Shown: one piece after another, positions 23,041-36,800 of the stretch
Position numbering within the stretch: position 1 is the stretch's first letter
Layout of the letters: every line of letters begins with the position of its first letter
Origin: Mobula hypostoma
Lineage: Eukaryota
DNA: 64,000 bases
Direction of reading: 5' to 3'
Assembly: GCF_963921235.1 (NCBI RefSeq)
Contig: NC_086097.1
Span: 205,656,001-205,720,000 of the forward strand
Notes under the pieces: generated by a model
What the model was told of the DNA's origin: nothing
Databases searched by the model: none
The model's input: the letters and a program-made list of their open reading frames with translations, nothing else
Made by a program: the position numbers and the translations under genes

Positions 23041-25944
23041 CTGAGTGCAATTGATAGTAAATTATTAGAACTTTGGACAGAGTGGACAAATGACTTTGAT
23101 TTTACAATAGGCAAAACCAAATATACTATTTCAGATACAGTATTAATCTATGTTTCTGTGTATTTCGACTGCTCACACAAGGAGATTGAGTTTCTCAAAT
23201 GAAAAGTCTTGATTACAGCAAAAAAGGATTTTTTCTTCAAGGAGCACTTTATTACTGCACAATCCTGATCATCAACATTATTTTCAAAAAGGTTCCAATT
23301 GCTTCAGTTCTTTTCACCCTCCTTTTGACACTCCTTATTTGAAGGCTGGGGTTCTTGCAGTATTACAATTTCACTGACAAAATTATTCTTTCAATGTTTT
23401 ATTTTAGAGTCAACATGAACCAATATTAAAAAGGAGATATTGTAACCAAGCCTGATAAGTGATTTACTAATATTTGAACTTACCAGCAAAATCCACTAAA
23501 AGATAATCAGAAATGTGAACTATTTTATTACTCTCTTACAAAAATAGAAGTCTCCACTGCTCCACTGATTAAGCTTAATAAGCTCTACTTACTAAGCTTC
23601 TTAATTTCACCATAAGTTGAATAATGAAGCACTAGAGTTACTTGTTTTCACATATATTTTAAAATTAACACAAAAACATTAGACCCTCCCCACTTTCATC
23701 TCAGATAAATTCAAATTTAAAGGGATATCTGCTTCAGGAAAACCATTATTTCAAACTTTTCATTTACTTAAACACACTGGATTAATACTAATACTGAAGT
23801 ACCTCTGTATCACTTTACAAACATGACTGACAATGAGACTGATGTACATCATTAAAAAATAAGCTTTGGTAAGGTTTGTTTTTGTATGACGGCAAAACCC
23901 TTGAAATGTCAGCTGCACCAGATGGAATTACAAAACGTTTCTGTCAATGCTTTTTTTTTATTATCTTATTTCTGTGTTTTTGTAGGCATATGGCATATTG
24001 CAGCAAACATGGTAATTATAAATATGATATACTAGTTCATGTGGACCTGTTTCAAATTGTGAAAGATAAGTGAGTTAATCATTCTATTCCAAATCAGGGC
24101 CAACAGGATGATTGGAAACTTGAATGTATACCAACAATTTGCGTAAGTAATCCGCAATCACAATGGTTGCAATGCAAAGAATAACTGGATTTATTTTTGA
24201 ATTGATATCTGTCTTGAAATCCAAAGTTGTTATTAATTGAACTTGAAATTTGTATTCACTAACTTGCAATCAACAGGATGAGTTGCAATATAAAAGGCAG
24301 ACAAAATTGAGAAGGGTGAGTACAGGACTGAAGGTGTTATTTTTGTAATTTGGAATAAGATAGCTGAACTTGTAGCACAATTACAAATTAGCATGTATGA
24401 TGTAGCCATCACTGAATCTTGGCTGAAAGAAGATTTTCACTCGGAGCTTAATGCCCAGAGAAACACAGTGTATCGAAAGGACAGGCAGGAAGGCAAAGGG
24501 AACAGCATTGCTCTGTTGGTAAAAAAATGAAATCAAATCATTAAAAAGAAGTGACATAGAGTCAGAGGGCATTGAATTATTGTGAATAGAGCTAAGGAAC
24601 TGGAAGGGTAAAAAGACCCTGATGGGAGTTGTATACAGATCCTAAAATAGTAGTAAAAATATTGTCAATTACACTGGGAGATAGAAGATGCATGCCAAGA
24701 AGGCAATGTTCCAATAGTCATGGGCGATTTCAATATGCAGGTAGATTGGGAAAAACAGGTTGGAACTGGATTCCAAGAGGGGGAATTTCTAGAATCCCAT
24801 GAGATGACTTTTTAAATCAGCTTGTGTTGTTGATCGCACTTAGGGGATCAGCTATTCTGGATTGGGTGTTGCGCAATGAACCAAAATTGATTGGAGAGCT
24901 TAAGGTAAAGAGCCCTTAGGAGCAAGTGATCATAATATGACCATATTAATCCTGAAATCTGAGAAGGAAAAGTGAAACACAGATGTATCAGTATTACAGT
25001 GGAGTAAAGGGGACTACAGGGGCATGAGAAACGAGTTGGCCAGAATTGATTGGAAAAGAACACTGGCAGGAATGATGGCATAACAGCAATGGCTGGAATT
25101 TCTGGAAGCAATTCAGAAGGCAAAGGATATAAACATCCCAAAGAGCATGTATTCTAAAGGCAAGATGACGCAACTGTGGCTAACAAGATAAAAGTCAAAA
25201 ACAACATAAAATCCAAAGAAAGGGCGTATAATAGAGCAAAATTTAGTGGGAAGTTAAAGGATTGGGAAGCTTTTACAAACCAACAAAAAGCAACTAAAAA
25301 AATCATTAAGAAGGCAAAGATGAAATACAAAGTAAGCTGGCTAATAATATCAAATAGGATACTAAAAGTTTCTTCAGATAAATAAAGTGTAAAAGAGAGG
25401 CAAGAGTGAAGATTGGACTGCAGGAAAAAAATGCTGGATAGGTAGTAATTGGGGAGAACAAAATGGCGGATGAACTGAATAAATATTTTGTATCAGTCTT
25501 CACTGTGGAAACACTAGCAGTATGGTGGAAGTTCCAGGTGTCAGAAATCATGAAATTTGTGATGTTACCATTACTAGAGAGAAGGTTCTTGGGAAATTTA
25601 AAGTTCTGAAGGTAAATAAGTCACCTGGGACAGACGGTGTATACTCCAGGGTTCTGAAAGAGGGGGTTAGAGAGATTGTGGAAGCATTAACAGTGATCTT
25701 TCAAGAATCACTAGATTGGAAAATTGCAAATTTAACTCCACTCTTCAAGAAGGGAGAGAGGCAGAAGAAAGGAAGCTATAGTTAGTCTGACCTCAGTGGT
25801 TGGGAAGATATTGGAGTCGATTATTAAGGCTGAGGTCTCAGGGTACTTGGAGGCACATAAAAAAATAAGCAATTGCCTGTATGGTTGAAAAGACTGTGGA
25901 AGCATTAGTAGAATTCTTTCAAGGATTGCTAGATTCTGGACTTT

Positions 25945-26757
25945 TGGTCCAGTCGTCCTGTCAAGATGGCACCTGTGTACAATGCTGCTTTGGTCAACAT
26001 CTTCTGAATAGATCACGAAACCATATATTTCACTTCTACATCGTACATCTGTTCTTCATCTTCGATGTGATTCTGTTGGAGTCCATGATTTGCTGCTTAG
26101 AGATCGTTTGGTCATTCTGTGGTCTCAGAGAGGATGCCGGGAGATAGAGGCAGCATGCATGAACCTTGTGGTGGGCAGCCTGCGGGATGGGGCACAAGCT
26201 GACGTTTGATTATTTTTCATCAATTAAAGTTTCCATGGTGCACCAATTAAAGAAATGAGGGAGACTGAAACATCGAGGCGAATGCGGAAGATGAGTGCTG
26301 GCTGCCACTATTTTGATCACTCTGCTACCGGAGAGGGAAGAGCCTGTTAGCGTACCCAGAGAACGTTATCCAGGTTGTCTGTGCTTTGGGAATGGATTTG
26401 GAATCGAGAATTTTTTTTTCAGTCTTACAGCTTTTTATATACTGTGTTTTTCAATTACCCAATCTTTCTAGTTTTTTTTCTTTTGTACAAGGAGGGAAAT
26501 TTGGGGGTTGATGTATTTGTTCCATTTTGTTTGTTTTTTTTGTGCAGCTGAGGGAATTGGGGGATTGATGTGCCTATTACGTTTCCTTCGTTTTTTTGTG
26601 TGGAAGGAGGGATTTGGGGGTTGATGTGCCTGTTTTATTTTTGTTCCATTTTTTTGTATGGGGAGGGGGAATTTCTTTTCTTTCTTTGTTTCATAGCTAC
26701 CCAGAGAAGAAGAATTTTAGAGTTGTATACTTTGATAATAAATGAACCTTTGAACCT
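25945..26757 (+). mobile_element. Non-coding interspersed repeat, copy B
   Basis: GTCAAGATGGCAC head; Rex-like tail GTTGTATACTTTGATAATAAATGAACCTTTGAACC. Confidence 0.7.
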
Positions 26758-26821
26758 GTGGAATGGTTCCAGCAGACTGGAAAATTCCAAATGCCACTCC
26801 ACTCCTCAAGAAGGGAGAGAG

Positions 26822-27595
26822 TCACAAGGATCGAAAGTTCATTTATTATCAAAGTATACAACTCTGATATTTTGCTTCTGCAGATAGCCACAAAACTAAA
26901 AAAAGAAAGGCAGCACAATCATTAACACCCAAATTCCCCCTCCCCACACAAAAAATGAACAAAAGCATAAGAAGCACATTGACCCTCAAATCCCCCTTCT
27001 CAGCACTCAAAAAAATGAGAAAGATCGGGTGAAAAACACAGAAAATAAAGAAACTGTAAGTCTGGAAAAAAAGTCCATTGTCCATATCCAAAATGCAGAA
27101 AACCTGGGTAACATTCTTTGGGCACAGAGGCAGGCTCTTTCCTCTCCGGCAGCAGAGTGATCCCACCAGATTCAGAAGGCAGTCTCCCCTCTCCAGTAGC
27201 AAAGCCATCCCACTAGCTACCGAAATGCAGGCAGCCGCACTCACCTTTCGCATTCGTCTCAATGTTTCAATCTTACCTGTCAGTTTAATCACAGAATAAT
27301 GTAAGGTTTAATTGGCAAAAATGGAGTTGATATCGGCTCATGCCTTATCCTGCAGTCTCCTCGCTATGAAGTTCGTGCATGCTGCTTCTGTGTCCCAGAG
27401 TCCTCTCAGAGACTGCAGACTGCTGAAACTCCCAATATCCAAACTGTAAATCACAGGTTCCAACAATTCCAGATTCACATTCAAGATGAAAAGCAAATGT
27501 AAGACACATAAAATAAGTGAAATCTATGGTTTCGTGATCTATCCAGGAGATGTCGACTTTTGGAGCATTGTATGCGGACACCATCTCGACCAGAT
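26822..27595 (-). mobile_element. Non-coding interspersed repeat, copy C
   Basis: TCTGGTCGAGATGGTG head on minus; same GTTGTATACTTTGATAATAAATGAAC tail as copy B. Confidence 0.7.
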
Positions 27596-28932
27596 GCCTC
27601 ATTAACAGATGATAAGAAGTTATAGGCCAGTTAGTCTGACCTCAGTGGTTGGGAAGATGTTGAAGTCAATTGTTAAGAATGAGGTCTCAAGGTACTTGGA
27701 GCCACTAAAATAAGCTGTAGACAGCATGTTTTCTCAAGGGAAAATCTTTCCTGACAAATCTGTTGGAATTCTTTGAAGAAATAACAAGCAGGATAAACAA
27801 AGGAGAATCGGTTGTTGTTGTGTACTCAGATTTTCAGATGACCTTTGACAAGGTGCCATATATGAGACTGCGTAACAAGCTACGAGCCCATGGTATTACA
27901 AGAAAGATTCTAGCATGGATAAATCAGTGGCTGATTGGCAGGAGGCAAAGAGTGGGAATAAAGGAAGCCTTTTCTGGTTGGCTGCCAGTGACTGGTAGTG
28001 TTCCTCAGTGGACCAATTCTTTTTATGTTATATATCAATGATTTGGATGATGGAATTGACGGCTTTGTTGCAATGTTTTCAGATGATATGAAGACAGGTG
28101 GAGGAGCAGGTAGATTTGAGGAAGTAGAGAGGCTACAAAAAGACTTTGAGAAATTAGAAGAATGGGCTGATGGAATGCAGTTCTAAGACCAGAGAGTCAG
28201 TGAGCCATCTATCAGAGAATCAAAGACCAGAGGACACAGCCTTAGAAAGGAGGGGCCTCCTTTTAAAACAGACATGAGGAAGAATTTCTTTAGCCAGCAA
28301 GTGGTGAATTTATGAAACTCTTTGCCACAGGCAGCTGTGGAGGCAAAGTCTTGAGCAATATTTAAGGCAGAGGTCAATATATTCTTGATTAGTTAGGGTA
28401 TGAAGGGATACAGGGAGAAAGCAGGAGAATGGGGCTAAGAGGAAAATTGGATCAGCCATGATGAAATGTCGGAGCAGACACGATGGGCCAAATGGCCTAA
28501 TTCTACTCCTACATCTGATGGTCTTATGGCATCTAGGAAACATTCATTGAACAAACATAGGCTTAGGAGGTTGTCACCAGAGAAGTTTGCTGCAATTCTC
28601 TTTTCTTGATTTCTGCAATGTTACTCTGGAGGTGGAGGAATTTTGTGCACCGATCTGCATTTTAAAAACCTTGCTGTACATATGGTCTCAATGCACTAGC
28701 CAATCTGACCTAGAGAGCAGTTAATAGAATGTTATATTTTTATTAGTGAAGTCCAAGACTCCACTTATTCCTGCAAACAGCCCCCTCTCCACAAGCCTTC
28801 CTTTGGTAGTAACCATTTTCACATGAAACTCCTAATTTTCATCCAACTGCTATTTCACGCCAACATAGCTGACCAGCATGACATCACATAAAACTTGATA
28901 GTCAAAATTCATAGACATACAGTTCATGCATA

Positions 28933-29587
28933 TATACTGACTGACCACTTTATTAGGTACCTCCTGTATTTAATAAAGTGGCTACAGAGTATATGTTTGT
29001 GATCTTCTGCTACTGTAGCCCATCTCTTTTTTTCCTCTTTCTCTGCACATTGGGCCTTGGTCTTTCTTTTTATATTTGGGTTCTTTTAGCTTTCTTCCTT
29101 TGAAGCTGCCTGTAAGCAGACAAATCTCAAGTTTGTATAATTGATACATACTTTGATAATAAATGTACTTTGAATTCTTTGAATCCACTTCAATGCTCAA
29201 TGTGCTGTGCATTCAGAGATGCTCTTCTGCACACCACTGTTGAAACACATGGTTATATGAGTTACTGTTGCTTTCCTGCCTGCATGAATTAGTCTAGCCA
29301 TTCTCCTCACACCTCTGTCATTAACAAGGCATTTTTTCTCACAGAACTGCTGCTCATTGGATCGGATTTTGGTTGGAGATACTCAGACAACACCGACTGG
29401 CACCAACATTCCACTGTCAAAGTCACTAAGATCACATTTTTTCCAGATTCTGATGTTTAGGCTGAACAACAACTAAATCTCTTGACCATCTCTGCATGCA
29501 TTTATTCATTGAGTTGCTGTGTTGGCTGATTAGATATTTGCATTAACGAGCAGGTGTACAGATGTACCTAATAAAAGTGGCCGTGCA
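28933..29587 (-). mobile_element. Tc1/mariner non-autonomous deletion derivative
   Basis: TIR core CCACTTTATTAGGTAC at both ends (inverted); minus-strand remnant GKKCDLSDFD-G---GA resembles a Tc1 transposase N-terminus; LINE tail inserted at ~29025-29182. A further TIR fragment lies at ~20075-20135. Confidence 0.75.
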
Positions 29588-30158
29588 TTAAATGTAGCCA
29601 TTCATGTGAGGCTCCCATTAATATTTGATAAGAGAAAAGCTTTGCTCATTGGAATGTCCATTTATGCTGTCATGAAGGGAGAATATTGCAAAGGGTAGTG
29701 GTAATTCCCATAACGTTTGCTAAGCATTGAAGATTCCCCTCTCCCCTAAAAAGCATTCCCAATAGGCACTTTGTTCTACTTTTCTAGCCATTTCAGTCCG
29801 AAAGATGTGAATGACGCTGGTCTGCATGCTGACTTCAGCGCATTCTTCTGTTGAAAAAGGCCAACTTGGGATTTCAGGACGTTATACAAACACTTTATGC
29901 TCATGTCGTAAAGTTGAGGTTCAAGGAAAGTTTGACAGCTAAAAAAATGAGAAATAATGACACCAACTCCTCAGCGGGAAAGTTCTGCAATGGCAAATAT
30001 GTTATGAAATTTGAGACACCTTTCCAGATCCTCATAATGGGATTAAAATGCCCAAATCATTCCCAAATGACTTCCTAAACATGAACTTATTGGTTAAGCT
30101 TTCTGTTGACATCATAACATCAACAAGTAACGTAATAAATCATGAATAATCTTTGTAC

Positions 30159-30317
30159 CTTTAGGCTGCACTTTTAGTTGTACTTGTACTTGTTTAACCT
30201 CAACAACGTTGATAGCTTGACATTCATATTGACCCGCATCATAGGGGGCTACATCCACAATCCTCAACGTTCTTGTGGGTAACACTGCATGTCTTCTGTC
30301 ACTGGGGAGCTGGCCTC
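30159..30317 (-). CDS. PXDNL: Peroxidasin-family exon (equivalent to exon 12), second half of Ig3, 159 bp
   Basis: actttcag|GAGGCCAG ... CCTAAAG|GTACAA; encodes GGQLPSDRRHAVLPTRTLRIVDVAPYDAGQYECQAINVVEVKQVQVQLKVQPK. Confidence 0.93.
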
Positions 30318-31829
30318 CTGAAAGTACAGAGTTGTATGTTTTCATATATGTAATCATATATTGAAATAACACTAAATATAAAGTGCTTTTCCAACAATGC
30401 CCTGCAACATTCTGCTTCTTTGCTCCATTATTGTCATTGACAGGAAATTCACAACAAAGAGCATACTTAAAAATAATTCAAGTGATTTACCATTCATATT
30501 CTGGGAAATATAATTGGCATTGCACACTTGCCGCATTTTATTAATGTGAAAGTTTATAACATTGAAGCACTCATAAGGGATTTCGAGTGAAATAGATTCT
30601 AATAAATATTCTTTCATCAATGCAAATCCTGACTGTCTGTAGATCAGAACAGCTCACCTACTTTTAAGAGTTGCGAAGTCTTCTGCACAAGGAACACTGG
30701 AACTAAAATGGGCTCCTCAGACTATCAGGCATGTCCTGCCATGAGATTAGATCACGGCTGATCAGGCTCTTAAATTATATTTAATTGCCTTTGATCCATA
30801 AATCTTATCAAGGAAAAAAGATTCCCAGCATTAGCTCTGAAAATTTCATGCGACCAAAAATCTATATGATGAAAAGGAACATTCAAGTTATGTAACTATT
30901 GTTTTTATGAGAAATCATTTCACCAATGAATAGCCTAGCACTAGTGCTAAAATGTACTCCTTGTTCTGAATTCCCTTGGTGGAAGAAATAGCTTCTCTGT
31001 ACCTACTCCTTTTAATATTTTAAACACTTCAGTTGGATTATACAGCTAATCAAATAATTTGTCTAACTAAATCACTTTGATTCTCAAGGGAGTTCTGCTA
31101 AATTTCTTCAACCTCACACAAGTTAATCCTATAAGATGCAGTTTTATGCTAGTGAATCTGTGCAGAACAATTTCCAAGGACAATTATCCTTCCCGAGGTT
31201 CTCAAATTAAATGTAGTTCCTTAGATGTGGGCCTATTGAACTGATAAAAAGCACTTAATAAAGGCCACCTTTAGTAATAACTTTGAATAACTATTTCTCT
31301 TATGCGCAAGCTTTCGATGATTTTGACTCCAATCAGTTTCCAGGTTGTACTTGTTCAGAATAGATTTCTATTTCTCTCTCATGGAATCAATGAATGACTT
31401 TATGTGCCTCTGTGTTGAGCTACAGCTAATTTCTTGATATGCATTTATAACTGCTTCCCACAACTTCATTAGCCACTTTATAAAGCCATTATCAATCTCT
31501 CTCCTGCCTGAATGGATATTCCATTCCCCTTAAGATCTCTTCCTCTCATAAGATTACCTCTGATTCTATATGCTGGTTATTATCCAATTCTTTCCAGAAT
31601 CCCACATAAAATAATTTAAAGACAGTTCTCTCTCACAATATTAGCAATATTGTCAAAATCATAGACTATAAGGCATAGGAGCAGGGTTTTAAGCCACTTG
31701 CCCCATCGAGTTAGCTCTGCCATTCCATCATGCCTGATTTACGTATTACCACTCTCAATCCCACTCTCATTCCTCTCCCCGTAACCTTTAAAACCCTGAC
31801 CCACAAAGAAACAACCAACCTCTGCACAA

Positions 31830-32061
31830 CCTCCGGTGTTGGGCATGTGGCCAGGTGGTTAAGGCGTTCGTCTAGTGATCTGAAGGTCACTAGTTCGAGC
31901 CTCAGCTGTGGCAGTGTGTTTGAGTCCTTGAGCAAGGCACTTAACCACACATTGCTCTAGTGTCTGTGCGAGGAGTGGCGTCCCACACAGACTTCCAAAC
32001 TGCACCTTGTAAGGCATGAAAATGCCTGACGCAGGCCTCTCCTGGTCTGAGTCGACGTTCC
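31830..32061 (+). mobile_element. tRNA-derived SINE with CORE-like domain (tail type B)
   Basis: A-box TGGCCAGGTGG, B-box GTTCGAGCC, CCTTGAGCAAGGCACTTAACC; 11-bp TSD CCTCTGCACAA at 31819-31829 and 32062-32072. Confidence 0.88.
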
Positions 32062-32665
32062 CCTCTGCACAAATATATTGAATAACTTGGCATCCACAGC
32101 CACCCATGGCAATGAATTCCACAGATTCACCACCTTCTGGCCAGAGAAATGTCTTCTTATCTCTCTTCCAGATGGACATCCCTCTATTCTGAGGCTGTGA
32201 CCTCTGAAGTATAGACTCATCCATAAAAGGAAACATCCTCTCCACATCCAGTTTGTCAAGCCCTTTTAATATTCAATAGTTTTCAATGAGATCCCCCTCA
32301 TTCTTTTCAAATCCAGTGAGTACAGGCCCAGAGCCACCAATGTTTCCTATAGTATAACCCTTTCATTCCCAGGACACTCTGCAATGCCAGCATATACTTT
32401 CTTAGATAAGGGGCACCCAAACTACTCATAATACTCCAAGTACAAACTGACTAGTGCCTTATAAAGCTACAGCCTCACATCCTTGCTCTTATATTCTAGC
32501 CCCCTCGAAGTAAATGCTAACATTGCATTTGCCTTCCTTACTACTGACTCCATCTGCAAGTTATGCTTTAGAGAATCCTGCATAAGGACACCCAATTTTT
32601 GAATTGTTTCCCCACTTAGAAAATAGTCTACAGCTTTATTCCTTCTATCAAAGTGTATGCCTATA

Positions 32666-33827
32666 TAGGCATTTGATAAGGTACCCCATGCAAGGTTTAT
32701 TGAGAAAGTAAGGAAGCATGGGATCCAAGGAGACATTGTTTTGTGGATCCAGAACTGGCTTGCCCACAGATGAAAAAGAGTAGTTGTAGATGGGTCATAT
32801 TCTGCATGGAGGCCAGTGACCAGTGGTGTGCCTCAAGGATCTGTTCTGGTACCCCTACTCTTTGTGATTTTTATAAATGACCTGGATGAGGAAGTGGAGG
32901 AATGGGTTAGTAAATTTGCTACTGACACAAAGGTTGGGGGTGTTGTAGATAGTGTGGAGGGCTGTCAGAGGTTACAATAGGATATTGATAGGATGCAAAA
33001 CTGGGCTGAGAAATGGCAGATGCAGTTCAACCCAGATAAATGTGAGGTGGTTCATTTTGGTTGGTCAAATATGATGGCAGAATATAGCATTAATGGTAAG
33101 ACTGTTGGCAGTGTGGAGGATCAGAGGGATCTTGGGGTCCGAATCCATAGGACACTAAAAGCTGCTACACAGGCTGACTCTGTGGTTAAGAAGGCATACA
33201 GTGCATTGGCCTTCATCAATTGTGGGATTGAGTTTAAGAGCCGAGAGGTAATGTTGCAGCTATATACGACCCTGGTCAGACCCCACTTGGAGTACTGTGC
33301 TCAATTCTGGTCATCTCACTATAGGAAGGACGTGGAAACCATAGAAAGGGTGCAGAGGAGATTTACAAGAATGTTGCCTAGATTGGGAAGCATGCCTTAT
33401 GAGAATAAGTTGAATGAACTTGGCCTTTTCTCCTTGGAGTGACAGAGGATCAGAGGTGACTTGATAGAGGTGTACAAGATAATGAGAGGCATTGATCGTG
33501 TGGATAGTCAGAGGCTTTTCCCCAGGGCTGAAATGGCTAGCATGAGAGGGCATAGTTTTAAGGTGCTTGGAAGTAAGTACAGAGGAGATGTCAGGGATAA
33601 GTTTTTTTACGCAGAGAGTGGTGAGTGCATGGAATGGGCTGCTGGCGGGGCGGCGGTGGATGTGGAAATGATAGGGTCTTTTAAGAGACTCCTGGATGAG
33701 TACATGGAGCTTAGAAAAATAGAGGGCTATGGGTAAAGCCTTGGTAGTTCTAAGGTAGGGGCATGTCCGGCACAGCTTTGTGGGCTGAAGGGCCTGTATT
33801 GTGCTGTATGTTTTCTACGTTTCTATA
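32666..33827 (+). mobile_element. 5'-truncated CR1 LINE inserted in an older CR1
   Basis: [34 protein letters not shown]-like tail at ~33810-33826. Confidence 0.88.
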
Positions 33828-36800
33828 CTTAACTTCTACCTGCTGCTTCTTTGCCCATTCTCCCAATCTGTTCAAGTGCTTCTGCAGCCACCCTGCTTCC
33901 TCAACACTACCTGTCCCTCCATTTATCATTGTATCATCTGCAAACTTGGCCACAAAGCCAATAATTCCCTTGTGCAAATCATTGACATATTACCTGGAAA
34001 GAAGCAGTTCCAATACTTACCCCTGCAGAACACCATTTGTCACCAGCAGCCAACAAGAATAGGCACCCTTTATTTCAACTCTTTTCCTACTGCCAGTCAG
34101 CTTTATGTGTGGCACCTTGACAAAGGCCTTCTAAAAATCCAAATAAACAACATCTACTGACTCTCCTTTGTCTATCCTGCCTGTTATTTCTTCAAAGAAT
34201 TTCAACAGATTTGTCAGGCAAGGTTCCCCGTTAAGAAAACCATGCTGACTATGGCCTACTTTAGCATGTACTTCCAAGTATCTGAAACTTCATCCTTAAT
34301 AATGGACTCGAACATCTTCTTAACCACTGAAGTCAGTCTAACTGGCCTATAATTTCCTTTCTTCTGCCTCCTTCCCTTCTTAAAGAGTGGAGTGACATTT
34401 GCTATTTTCAGCCCTGTGGAATCATTACAGAATCTAGTGATTCTTGAAAGATCATTACTAGTGCCTCCACAATCTCTTCAGCTATCCCTTTCAGAACCCT
34501 GGGGTGCAGTCCATCTGGACTAGGTAACTTATCTACCTTCAGATCTTTCAGCTGCCCAAGCATCTTCTCCTCATTAATAGTAACTACACTCCCGTCTGTA
34601 CCTTGACACTCTCAAATTTCTGGTATACTACTAGTGTCTTCCACAGTGGAGACTGACGCAAAATACTTATGAATTAAGCTCGTCCGCCATTTCTTTGTCC
34701 CCCATTACTTCCACTCCAATGTCATTTTCCAGCAGTTCAATATGCACTTTCTCCTCTTTTTCACTCTTTATATTTCTGAAAAAAACTTTTGGTATACTCT
34801 TTGATATTTTTGGAGAGCTTACCTTCATGTTTCATCTTTTCTCTCCTTACAGTTTTTTGAGTTGCCTTCTGTTGTCTTTTAAAAGTTAACCAATCCTCTA
34901 ATGTTCCACTAATTTTTGCTTCATTATATGCCCTCACTTTTGTTTTTATGCTGTCTTTGACTTCCTTTGTCAGCCATGGTTGCCTCATCGTCCCTTTAGC
35001 ATACTTTTTCCATTTTTGTGTTGTATCTACCCTGTGCCTTCTGAATTGCCCCCAGAATCTCCAGCCATTGCTACTCTGCCATCAACCCTGCTAGTCTCTC
35101 TTTACAATCAACTTTGGTTAGCTCCTCTCTCATATCTCTGTACACCCTTTTCTCCACTGTAATTTGCTCTCTTGAGATCCAGCACCAAACTGATTTTCCC
35201 AAACTACTTCCATATTGGAATCCCCCATAACTATCATAACATTGGCCTTATTACATGACTTCACTATTTTCCGTTGAAATTTATATCTCCCATCTTGGTC
35301 ACTGTTTGGGAGCCTGTATAGAACTACCATCAGCGTCTTTTTATCTATTCAGTTTCTGAACTCATCTTCTGATCCAATCATCATCTTCTGCTTCATCTTC
35401 TGATCCAATATTATTTCTTCCTAAGGATTTGATTTCATGTTTTACCAATAGTTTCTCCATCCCCTCTGACTACCTGTCATCCTTTCGAAAGTAGGTGTAT
35501 CCTTAGATTTTAAGTTCCCAACTATGATCTTCTTTCAGCCTCATCTCAGTGATGCCCATAAGGTCATACCTGCTAATTAACTGTGCTGCAAGATCATCTA
35601 CCTTACTCTATATCCTGCAAACCTTCCAATGTAACACCTTGTCCTGTATTCATCACTCTTTTTAATTTTACCCCCTTTTTATACCACCTCAACCCACTGA
35701 CTGCAATTTTGCCCTATTATCTACCTGTCCATCCTCATAGTCTCTCTACATATTGCATCAATTTGTATACCAACTGGCCCATTCTTTGTTCTATCATCCA
35801 GTTCTCATTTCCCTGCCAACTTCGCTTAAACCCTCCCCAACAGCTCTAACCAACCTGCTAGTAAGGATACTGGTTCCCCTCAAATTCAGCTTTAATTTGT
35901 CCTTTTTGTACAGGTCATACCTTCCCCCAGAAGAGATCCCAATGATTCAGAAATCTGAAACCTTGCCCCATCCACCATTTCTTCAGCCACTCAGTCATCT
36001 CTATCTTCATCCTATTTTTGCCCTGACTAGCACATGGCACTAGGAGTAATCCAGAAATGACTACTTTGGAAGTCCTGTTCTTCACCCCTTTAATCATTGC
36101 AGGGCCCCTTTCCTCTTTCTACCTAGGTCATAGGTGCCAATTTGCACCATCACGAATGGCTACTCCCCCTCCCTATTGAGAATCTTTTGCAGCTGCTCTG
36201 AGACATCTGGGACCCTACACGCCATCCGGGCTTTTTTGTGCAGCCAAACTTCTGTCCAATCCCCAAACTATCAAGTCTCCTATCACCACTACACTGTCTA
36301 ACTTCATCCTTCCCTGCCGACTTCAGTGCTGGCTGCAGTACTCTAATAATTTATACCCCCCACCCTCCAGCAGTATCTAAAGGGGTAAACTTATTGCTGA
36401 GGGGTATAGCCAGAGGGGAGCACTGCACTGAATGCTTACTCCCCTTGCTTCTCCTGGTGGTCACCCATCTACTATCTGAAGCATGCACTCTGGGTGTGAC
36501 CACCTCAGTAAAAGATGCATCTATGAAGTTTTCAGCCTCCTGGATGGTCTTGAGTACATCCAGCTCTGGTTCCTTGACCTTGTCAGTCAAGAGCTGCAGT
36601 TCCTACAGGTGCAGTCATCCGGGAAACCGTTAGGTACCCAGTAATGCCACATCTCACAGGAGAAACTTTCCACTGCTTGATCTATGATCCTACCTACACT
36701 TGTTATGCCTCTAACTTCTCAAGTTCTAGCCTACACCGATCCTCACCCAAGCCTGTTGTGCCAAATCATGACCACTCTAACATTATCTTCAACAACAGTC

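Larger units (their letters stand above)
24290..28530 (+). mobile_element. Decayed CR1 LINE ORF2 (APE endonuclease and RT) with internal duplication and two insertions
   Basis: AITESWL-like and GDFN-like APE motifs, KSPGTDGV, DFQMTFDKVP, LFMLYINDLD, FSDD; segment ~25670-25870 is repeated from ~25890; CR1 tail at ~28520. Confidence 0.85.
31660..36700 (-). mobile_element. Near full-length decayed CR1 LINE with nested SINE and nested opposite-strand CR1
   Basis: ORF1 remnants (EVVTPRV..RWVTTRR, PLSNKFTPLD, VVISGLLLVP), APE (LYRLPNS, MGDSN), RT (KFADDT), 3' tail at ~31660. Confidence 0.85.

Noticed and set aside
31836..31905. tRNA gene
   Set aside because: A and B boxes are present but continue into a SINE body bounded by a TSD; no convincing cloverleaf.
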